From the NCBI GenBank assembly GCA_038087875.1, contig CM075996.1:9488001-9552000 (forward strand): a stretch of DNA of 64,000 bases, in the 5' to 3' direction. The notes under the pieces were generated by a model. The model did not search any database, was not told the origin of the DNA, and worked only from the letters and a program-made list of their open reading frames with translations. The position numbers and the translations under genes are program-made. This document shows positions 50,380 through 59,733 of this stretch, one piece after another; the stretch's first letter is position 1, and the number at the start of each line of letters is the position of its first letter. This DNA comes from Malacoraja senta (Eukaryota).

Positions 50380-51417
50380 TAGGTATGTTACAAAACTTAC
50401 CTTCAGTCGCGCTGTAATTCTGCCACTGGCCGTGTGCGCGATTTTGGCGCCTTTAAGGGGGGGGCGGGGTTAAAACGCGGTTTCTCCTTCCTTGTCCTGG
50501 AAATATTTTGTTGGAGTACAAAACTTCGCTGACAAAATCGTTCCTACCGGCGATTTGTGAATTTTTTTAAAAATTAAATCGTCAATGTCAGCGCTACAGT
50601 AGTTTTAAAAGCAGCTCCTGAAGCGTCAACGCCAATAACGGGGACGGATTTCACACAATGGATAGGTAAACAAAAGTGCTTTCTTTAAATGTATAAAAGT
50701 GCTTCTTAAGAAGCCTTTAATTCACATTTTGTCATGCGACACGGTGATTTTATTCCCCGAATTAACGGCAGTATTTTTCATGCCAATACGGGGTTAAATG
50801 CACCGCAAATTAACGTTCCAAATGATCGCGTTCCAGAAATTCTCACTCGCAAAATGAATTAAATCCCCATTAATTTACAGGTATTAAACATTCAATTCCT
50901 TCCATTTGGCCTGTAAATTCATGAAAATTAGATTTAAAAATTATGTTATATTGTGAATTATTGTGTGAATGTTATTTGGACACTTAGGCTATTTAAAAAA
51001 TGTTAATCTATTCTTAAGAAAATGATAGATGTTTAGATCTAGTAATTGAATTTTGTAATTAGCTACAATTAGGTAACTAACTAATTATATGCTTTACTTC
51101 ATGTCTTCGAAGTAAGATTGTTTCATATTTGTTTCAGAATGCTTCAATCTATAATACCTGAAAATTTCTTTCAGTTACCATAATTTTTAAGAAAGTTATG
51201 GGCTTTTAACGTCCTCGATCACAGCTTTTGTGTTAAGTCAATGGAAAAGCAATAGGGAACAAGGTGCTAATTTCTGAGTATGATAATGGCCATAACTTTT
51301 TTAATACTGAAGATATGAAAGTGAATTAAGTGTCAAATTAAACTTCTTTTTATGCTTTATCTGATGGGATAAATTGCAGACTTTATTTTTTAAATCTCAA
51401 AATTTTGTACATTGCTA
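50380..51417. mobile_element. About 1 kb AT-rich non-autonomous DNA transposon
   Basis: Imperfect TIR taggtatgttacaaaa / ttttgtacattgcta; direct repeat (a)ctggata of 7-8 bp on both sides splits a host repeat. Confidence 0.7.
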
Positions 51418-51505
51418 CTGGATAGCACGCGACAGAAGCTCTTCACTGCACGATGAACTGAACTGGGCAGAACTGTGTTGACGGCCTGTCTCTGTTGTGT
51501 TGCAG

Positions 51506-51638
51506 GACTGGCTGACGCGTTACGGGTACATGCCCCGTCCCGACCTCCTCACCTCACAGCTACAGACGCTGCAGAGCCTGACGGACGCCATCAAATCCAT
51601 GCAGAGGTTCGCCGGCATTCTGGAGACGGGAGAACTCG
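51506..51638 (+). CDS. MMP25: MMP25 (MT6-MMP)-like exon 2, prodomain (DWLTRYGYMPRPDLLTSQLQTLQSLTDAIKSMQRFAGILETGEL)
   Basis: gttgcag|GAC...CTC G|gtgaga, 133 bp. DWLTRYGY and MQRFAG match MMP25 rather than MMP17 (EWLSRFGY, MQQFGG). Confidence 0.88.
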
Positions 51639-51689
51639 GTGAGATGTGGAGCAGGAACGCTGTCATAGAGTCCAGAGTCACAGAGTCAC

Positions 51690-52210
51690 ACATCGTGGAA
51701 ACAGGCCCTTCGGCCCAACTCGCCCACACTGGCCAACAATGTCCCAGCTACACTAGTCCCACTTGCCAGCGCTTGGTCCATATCCCTCCAAACCTGTCCT
51801 ATCCATGTACCTGTCTAACTGTTTCTTAAACGTTGGATAGTCCCTGCCTCAACTACCTCCTCTGGAAGCTCGTTCCATACACCCACCGCCCTTTGTGTGA
51901 AAAAGTTACCCCTCAGATTCCTATACATTATTTCCCCTTCACCTTAAACCTATGTCCTCTGGTCCTCGATTGCCCTACTCTGGGCAAGAGACTGTGCAAA
52001 TTCCCGATCTATTCCTCTCATGATTTTATACACTTACATAAGATCACCCCTCATCCTCCTGCGCTCCAAGGAATAGAGTCCCAGCCTAATCAGCCTCTCC
52101 CTATACTTCAGACCTCTAGTCCTGGCAACATCCTCGTGAATCTTCTCTGCACCCTTTCCAGCTTGACAACATCTTTCCAATAACATGGTGCCCAGAACTG
52201 AACACAATAC
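51690..52210 (-). mobile_element. CR1-type 3' fragment
   Basis: [25 protein letters not shown] on the minus strand. Confidence 0.82.
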
Positions 52211-52254
52211 TGTAAATACTCTGTCAGCTGGATCAATGAACCACACTGTCACTC

Positions 52255-53558
52255 TGTGGTTGCACACTGGTATCATTCACTTTACACTACCTGTGACAAA
52301 TAATCCTCCGACATTTTCGCCACCTCCAACGGGACCCCACCACTGGCCACATCTTCCCATCTCACCCCCTTCCGCCATTCGCGGAGACCGTTCCCTCCGC
52401 AGCTCCCTGGTTAACTCATCCCTTCCCACCCAACCCACTCCCTCCCCAGGTACCTTCCCCTGCAACCGCAGAAGATGCAACACCTGTCCCAATACCTCCT
52501 CCCTCAACTCTGTCCAGGGACCCCGACAGTCCTTTCAGGTTGGGCAGAGGTTCGCTTGCACCTCCTCCAACCTCATCTACTGTATCTGTTGTTCAAGATG
52601 TGGACTCTTATACATCGGTGAGACCAAACACAGACTGGGCGATCGTTTCGCTGAACACCTTTGCTCAGTCCGCCTGAACCTACCTGATCTCTCGGTTGCT
52701 AAACACCTTCCCCTCCCATTCCCACACGGACCTTCCTGTCCTGGGCCTCCTCCATTGTCAGAGTGAGGCCAAACGCAAATTGGAGGAACAGCACTTCATA
52801 TTTCACTTGGGCAGCTTACACCCCAGGGGTATAAGTCTAGATTTCTCTAACTTCAAGTAACCCTCTCTCTGTCCCTCCCCTCCTTAGTCGTTGTACTAGT
52901 TTCACTGTCGTCCTGGTGAGTTTCATTTGTCTGTATCATTCGTTAACACCGAGCCCTCAGCCAACCAACAATGGACCCGTTCCTTCATCATCGTTACTCT
53001 TTTGCATATCGTTCATTCATTTGGAGTTTAGAAGTTTAGAAGGATGAGAGGGCTTCTTATTGAAACATATGATTATTAAGGGCTTGGACACATTAGAGGC
53101 AGGAAACATGTTCCCGATGTTGGGGGAGTCCAGAACCAGGGGCCACAGTTTAAGAATAAGGGGTAAGCCATTTAGAACGGAGACGAGGAAACACTTTTTC
53201 TCACAGAGTCTGTGGAATTCTCTGCCTCAGAGGGCGGTGGAGGCAGGTTCTCTGGATGCTTTCAAGAGAGAGCTAGATAGGGCTCTTAAAAATAGCAGAG
53301 TCAGGGGATATGAGGAGAAGGCAGGAACGGGATACTGATTGGGGATGATCAGCCATGATCACATTGAATGGCAGTGCTGGCCCGAAGGGCCAAATGGCCT
53401 TCTCCTGCACCTATTGTCTATTGTCTATTGTCTATTTGTTCCATATCTCTCTACATCACCGTCTATATTGCGTGTTTCCCTTTACCTGACTCTCAGTCTG
53501 AAGAAGGGTCTCGACCGGAACCGTCACCCATTCCTTCTCTGCCTGTCCCGCTGAGTTA
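52255..53558 (+). mobile_element. Older Penelope-like fragment, interrupted by a CR1 piece (about 53020-53435) and a MITE
   Basis: ORF 52185-52766 with GTFPCNRRRCNTC and NLIYCICC...YIGETK; terminal-repeat sequence at 53490-53558. Confidence 0.8.
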
Positions 53559-53891
53559 TGGCCCTGTCCCACGGTACGAGGTCATTCCAAGAGCTCTCCC
53601 CGAGTAAAAATAAAATCAAAACTTGTGGTAAGCACGGAGAATGAACGTAGCGGGTACGTCGGAGCTCGGGGACGTCTCTTAGCGGCTCGTAACGCTAACG
53701 GCAGGTACTCGGGAAGACTCACTAACAGCAGGTAAGCATGGGAAGACGCGTGAAGATTTTTCAACATGTTGAAAAATGTCCACGAGAGCCCCGAGTACCG
53801 ACGAGTGGCCATTACCGTAAATCTCCGAGTTCGAATCCGGGCAAAACTCGGGAGAGCTCTTGGAATGAACTCGTACCGTGGGACAGGGCTA
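53559..53891. mobile_element. PIF/Harbinger-type MITE inserted in a Penelope terminal repeat
   Basis: TTA TSD splits ctgagTTActccagc; TIR gccctgtcccacggtacgag. Confidence 0.87.
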
Positions 53892-54068
53892 TTACTCCAG
53901 CTTTTTGTATCTATCTTCGGTTTAAACCAGCATCCGCATGTTCCTTCCCACACGTACTGTGCTGTGTGCAGTCCGATTTGACTGGTGTTAGCACATAAAC
54001 ACAGGCACGCAACAAAAACACTTTTCACTTTACCTCGGTACACGGGACAATAATAAGCTCAATTCTTA

Positions 54069-54505
54069 AGGGCCTGTCCCACTTCGCCGTCATTTGCGCC
54101 TCATTTATGCGTCGTATGTAAAATAGGTCGACGCTTCGTGATGCGCGACGTTGCAAGCAAATGACGCGTCAGCACAGCTGTCTGGTGCGCATGATGTCAT
54201 TAGAATACCTGCGGGACGTAAGGACGTTGACGTAACTGTGCGTCACCACGCGATACACCATGAGACGTCGGGACGCCAGCGTACAACGCCAATGCGTCAG
54301 CGTGCGTACGCGATACGTCACGCAGGTGGCGCGCGAGGATTTAGTTCCTGTACTAAATCCTGGAGCGCCGCGCGATACCGCACGCCACCGCATACGATTC
54401 CAGGGCCTCACCATGCGCAACGCATGCGCACCCCACGATGCGCCGACCTAATTTACATATAACGCGGAAATGAGGCGCAAATGACGGCCAAGTGGGACAG
54501 GCCCT
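54069..54505. mobile_element. PIF/Harbinger-type MITE, CpG-rich
   Basis: Long TIR agggcctgtcccactt.gccgtcatttgcgcctcattt; flanks TTA and TTG. Confidence 0.85.
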
Positions 54506-55120
54506 TTGGTGTTTAGAGATGCAGCGTGGAAACAGACCCATCGGCCCACCGAGTCCGCGCCAACCAGCGATCACCCCGTACACTAGTTCTATCCTACACG
54601 CTAGAGACAATTTACAGAGGCCAATTAACATACAAACCTGTACGTCTTTCAAGTGTGGGAGGAAACCGGAGCACCTGGAGAAACCCCACACAGTCACAGG
54701 GAGAACGAACAAACTCCGTACAGACAGCACCTATAGTCAGGATGGAACCTGAATCTCTGGCGCTGTGAGGCAGCAACTTTAATGCTGGGCCACCCAGCTG
54801 CTTAAACTAAACGAAACTAAACTAATCTCAAATAAACTGTTCACTATATCTCCATGTACCTAACAATAATCAACCAATGCAATTGAACATAGAACAGTTC
54901 AACAGGAAACAGTCCCTTCGGCCCACAATGTCTGTGGTCAACATGATGCCAAGTTCAAGTAAAAGCATGTTAAACACCACTATCGTATCTGCCTCCACCA
55001 CCACCCCAGGCAGCAAGTTCCAGCCATCCACCACCCTCTGTGTAAAACAACTTGCCCCACACACCCCCTTTAAACTTTTCCCCCTCGCACCCCAAAGCTA
55101 AACTTCCACATTTCCACACT

Positions 55121-55325
55121 TTTTTTTTTTAATACAAATTGCTTTTATTCCGAACAAACAAAAATACAGAGTAGTAACACGATCAAAGAATGCTATATTG
55201 GCAGTTTGCAAACAAAGTTATCAAATTAAAATAGTAACAATTTTATCACAATACATTCGACCTCCAGCGTTCGCGGAAGGCCTCCAGAGTCCCCGTGGAC
55301 ACCGCGTGTTCCCTCTCCAGGGAAA
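55121..55325 (-). mobile_element. Tx1/L1-clade LINE 3' tip with poly-A
   Basis: Minus strand LEREHAVSTGTLEAFRERW; poly-T on plus; TSD acatttccac(a/g)ct at 55108-55120 and 55326-55338. Confidence 0.72.
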
Positions 55326-55345
55326 ACATTTCCACGCTGGGAGCA

Positions 55346-55654
55346 AGGTTGTGACTGTCTACCTTGTCTACGCCTTTCATAATGTTATAAGGTTGTGACT
55401 GTCTACCTTGTCTACGCCTCTCATAATGTTATAAGGTTGTGACTGTCTACCTTGTCTACGCCTCTCATAATGTTATAAGGTTGTGACTGTCTACCTTGTC
55501 TACGCCTCTCATAATGTTATAAGGTTGTGACTGTCTACCTTGTCTACGCCTCTCATAATGTTATAAGGTTGTGACTGTCTACCTTGTCTATGCCTCTCAT
55601 AATGTTATACGGTTGTGACTGTCTACCTTGTCTACGCCTCTCACAATGTTATAA
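55346..55654. repeat. Seven tandem copies of a 44-bp unit
   Basis: Unit aggttgtgactgtctaccttgtctacgcctctcataatgttata; ggttgtgac recurs at 55347, 55391, 55435, 55479, 55523, 55567 and 55611. Confidence 0.97.
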
Positions 55655-56317
55655 ACTTCTATTCAACACTTTGCTTGTAGCTAGTACACTGTAATCCCGG
55701 CAGCATTCTGGTCAACCTCCCATGCCCCCCCCCTTTCCAAAGCCTCCATGTCCTTGCTGTAATGGGGCGACCAGAACTGCACGCAATACTCCAAATGTGG
55801 TCGAACCAAAGGCCTGTACAGTTGACCCATGATTTCCTGATTCTTATACTCACTGTATAATGGTGGCCCAGCGGTAGAGTTGCTGCCTCACAGCGCAGAG
55901 ACCCGGGTGCGATCCCCACTACGGGTGCTTGTCTGTACGGAGTTTTGTACGTTCTCCCCGTGACCTACGTGGGTTTCTCCGAGATCTCCCGTTTCCTCCC
56001 ACACTCCCAAAGACGTACAGGTTTGTAGGTTAATTGGCTTGGTGTAAAATGTAAAAATTGTCCCTAGTGTGTGTAGGGTAGCGTTAGTGTGCTGGGATCG
56101 CTGGTCGTCACGGACTCGGTGGGCCGAAGGGCCTGTTTCCGCGCTGGATCTCTAAACTAAACAATATCCCGACCGATGACGGCGTGAGAAAACAGTCAGA
56201 GCTGGGGGTTAAAAACGCCGCAGGAAGTTAAAGAATGTATGGGATGAGGAGAGGGGAACAGGAGGGGGCCATTGGCTGGGGAGACAAGATGGGGAAGACT
56301 AGGATGGACAACTGTAT

Positions 56318-57235
56318 GGGGCAGTGTTAGCTGTGAGGAGGATGCTAGGAGACTGCAAGATGACTTGGATAGGCTGGGTGAGTGGGCAAATGTTTGGCAG
56401 ATGCAGTATAATGTGGATAAATGTGAGGTTATCCACTTTGGTGGCAAAAACGGGAAGGCAGACTATTATCTAAATGGTGGCCGATTAGGAAAAGGGGAGA
56501 TGCAGCGAGACCTGGGTGTCATGGTACACCAGTCGTTGAAAGTAGGCATGCAGGTGCAGCAGGCAGTGAAGAAAGCGAATGGTATGTTGGCCTTCATAGC
56601 AAGAGGATTTGAGTATAGGAGCAGGGAGGTTCTACTGCAGTTGTACAGGGTCTTGGTGAGACCACACCTGGAGTATTGCGTACTGTTTTGGTCTCCAAAT
56701 CTGAGGAAGGACATTATAGCCATAGAGGGAGTGCAGAGAAGGTTCACCAGACTGATTCCTGGGATGTCAGGACTTTCATATGAAGAAAGACTGGATAGAC
56801 TTAGCTTATACTCGCTAGAATTTAGGAGATTGAGAGGGGATCTTATAGAAACGTACACAATTCTTATGGGGTTAGACAGGCTAGATGCAGGAAGAATTGT
56901 TCCCAATGTTGGGGAAGTCCAGGACAAGGGTCACAGCTTAAGGATAAGGGGGAAATCCTTTAAGACCGAGATAGGAAAAACATTTTCACACAGAGAGTGG
57001 TGAATCTCTGGAACTCTCTGCCACAGAGGGTAGTTGAGGCCAGTTCATTGGCTATATTTAAGAGGGAGTTAGATGTGGCCCTTGTGGCTAAGGGGATCAG
57101 GGGGTATGGGAGAGAAGGCAGGTACGGGGATACTGAGTTGGATGATCAGCCATGATCATATTGAATGGCGGTGCAGGCTCGAAGGGCCGAATGGCCTACT
57201 CCTGCACCTATTTTCTATGTATCTATGTTTCCTAT
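56318..57235 (+). mobile_element. CR1/HER1 ORF2 3' part
   Basis: ORF 56272-57003 with WQMQYNVDKCEVIHFG and LVRPHLEYC. Confidence 0.9.
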
Positions 57236-57677
57236 ACCCTGGGTAGACATGTCTAACTTAGAAACATAGAAAAAAGTGCAGAGTAGGCCATTCGGCCCTT
57301 CGAGCCAGCACTGCCATTCAATGTGATCATGGCTGATCATCCCCAATCAGTACCCCGTTCCTGCTTTTTCCACATATACCTTGATTCCTTTAGCCTTAAG
57401 AGCTAACTCTCTTGAAAACATCCAGTGAATTGGCCTCCACTGCTTTCTGTGGCAGAGAATTCCACAGATTCACAACTCTGGCCATTATCTCTCTATATTT
57501 AAGTAGAGCTACTGTATATCGAAACTCTCTCTGAATACAAGACTGGGCTGACCCACTCATTGCCTCTCCTCCACCCTCTCCCTCCTCCACCCTCTCTCTC
57601 CCCCACCCTCTCTCTCCCCCACCCTCTGTCTCCCCCACCACCCTGGCCGTGGCCACGTGCGGCGATCTCGGCCACAG

Positions 57678-57826
57678 ACAAGGAGACGCTGGACATGATG
57701 AAGAAGCCGCGGTGTTCGCTGCCCGACATCATCGGTACGTCGGAGATGATGAGGAGGAGGAGGAGGAGGGAGGAAGCGTTATGCGCTGGCCGGCAGTGTG
57801 TGGAAGAAGAAGGTGATCACCTGGAG
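57678..57826 (+). CDS. MMP25: MMP25-like exon 3: cysteine switch PRCSLPD, polybasic furin site and YALAGSVWKKKVITW (one extra G at 57768-57770)
   Basis: ccacag|AC AAG...TGG AG|gtagga. 149 bp, and 148 are needed for the phases to fit. Removing one G gives RRRRRRRKRYALAGSVWKKKVITWR. Confidence 0.88.
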
Positions 57827-58004
57827 GTAGGATGGGTGGTCCTTACACCCCAACACATGTCCGCTCACTCTCCCTCACCAAGGGTCGCTCTGCCCTCACA
57901 CACCATCCCAACGCTTCCCCTCGCAATCGTCACCGTGTACTGTGAGCAATGTTGGTGGCCCCCGCCGTACACGAGGAAGGATGCTCTGGCACTGGAGAGG
58001 GCCC

Positions 58005-58470
58005 GGACATTGATCCCGGGAATGAGTGGGTTAACAAATGATGAGCGTTTGACGGCACTGGGCCTGTACTCGCTGGAGTTTAGAAGGATGAGGGGACACC
58101 TCATTGAAACTTACCGGAGAGTGAAAGGCTTGGATAGAGTGGATGTGGAGAGGATGTTTCCACTAGTGGGAGAGTCTTGGACCAGAGGCCACAGCCTCAG
58201 AATGAAAGGTCGTTCCTTTAGGAAGGAGATGAGGAGGAGTTTCTCTAGTCAGAGGGTGGTGAATCTGTGGGATTCATTGCCACAGAAGGATGTGGAGGCC
58301 AAGTCAATGGATATTTTAAGGCAGAGATAGATAGATTCTTGATTAGTACAGGTGTCAGGGGTTATGGGGAGAAAGTAGGAAAATGGGGTTAAGAGGGAAA
58401 GATAGATGAGCCACGATTGAATGGTGGAGTAGACTTGATGGGCCGAATGGCCTAATTCTGCTCCTATCAC
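58005..58470 (+). mobile_element. CR1 3' fragment (same subfamily at 16690-17040 on minus and 36503-36825 on plus)
   Basis: GLDRVDVERMFPLVGES...RGHSLR. Confidence 0.82.
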
Positions 58471-59253
58471 TTACGAAGGAAATTGATATTGATTTCTCTG
58501 GAGTGTCAGAGATTGAGAGACTTGCACCCGTAGTCAGGATCGAACCCAGGTCTCTGGCGCTGTGAAGCAGCAACTCTACCGCCACGCCACCGTGCCGCCC
58601 TCAATCACCTCAATCTCAATCCCCAATTGTCCCGTCACCTTCAAAGCTACACGCATTCCCAGACCACGCTTCCTGCACAAGTTAATGTTCTCACATTACG
58701 GGTGGCACGGTGGCGCAGCGGTAGAGTTGCTGCCTCACAGCACCAGGGTCCCAGGTTCGATGCTGACCACGGGTACTGTCTGTATGGAGTTTGTACCTTC
58801 TCCCCGTGACCTGCGTGGGTTTTCTCCGGGTGCTCTGGCTTCCTCCCACACTCCAAAGACGTACAGGTTTGTAGGTGAATCGGCTTGGTTTGTCCCTGGT
58901 GTGAACAGGATAGTGTTAATGTGCGGGGATCGCTGGTTGGCGTGGACTCGGTGGGCCGAAGGGCCTGTTCCGCGCTGTATCTGTAAACTAAACTAAACTA
59001 GACCACAGATAGACTCAACATGCTGGAGTAACTGAGTGGGACAGGCAGCATCTCTGGAGAGAAGGAATGGGCGACGTTTCGGGTCGAGACCCTTCTTCTC
59101 CCTAAACTAAGCCACCTCCAGCTCCTGAATCTTGCGCATATCCTTTGAACTTTGCCCCTCTCACCTCAAAGCCATCCATGGAGCTCACCTCTAAACTGAA
59201 CCAAACCCAAACTACATCCACAACCCATCCCGACTTTTCCCACTTCCCCACAG

Positions 59254-59528
59254 GGTCAACAGGTATCCGATGACAGGTCACTTGGATCGGGGGTATGTTG
59301 ACCATCTTCTTTACGAGCCTTCCAGGTGTGGAGTCGGGTCTCTCCGCTGGAGTTCCAGCACGTGAATGGCGAGGTAGACCATCCTCATTGAATTCGGCAG
59401 GTCCCAACATGGCGACGGGTACCCGTTCGACGGAGCTGGGGGCACCCTGGCACACGCCTTCTTCCCCGGAGAGCACCATCTGGCTGGCGATACCCACTTC
59501 GATGATGACGAGACGTGGACCTACAACA
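59254..59528 (+). CDS. MMP25: MMP25-like exon 4, N-terminal catalytic domain (VNRYP...[69 protein letters not shown]), with compensating -1 and +1 indels
   Basis: cccacag|G GTC...AAC A|gtaagt, 275 bp. Structural Zn/Ca motifs [23 protein letters not shown]. Missing T at 59310-59312 and extra C at 59379-59380. The HExxH exon is not in the window. Confidence 0.88.
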
Positions 59529-59733
59529 GTAAGTATCAGCCATCACGGGCAGAGTGACGTTTCCCCCCCGCACCATCCCATCGTGGATCCAAGATGGCGG
59601 CCAACCCAGCCGCCTCCTTTAACAGAAAATAATTTTAATCAATTATTTACAAAAATGATATGTCCAATATGAAGCAAAACAAACCCACCACCGTGATACA
59701 AAGTAAAACAGACATTCTTAAATTCCAAATTTA

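Noticed and set aside
55346..55654. Regularly spaced repeats resembling a CRISPR array
   Set aside because: Head-to-tail tandem units with no unique spacers, in eukaryotic DNA.
57560..58330. 256-aa ORF fusing an MMP propeptide to a CR1 RT C-terminus
   Set aside because: Read-through across a frameshifted exon, intron and LINE fragment; the splice donor at 57827 explains it.
51506..59528. MMP17 as an alternative identity
   Set aside because: DWLTRYGY, RYALxGSVWKK and AFFPGEH fit MMP25 better, though only a phylogeny would be decisive.
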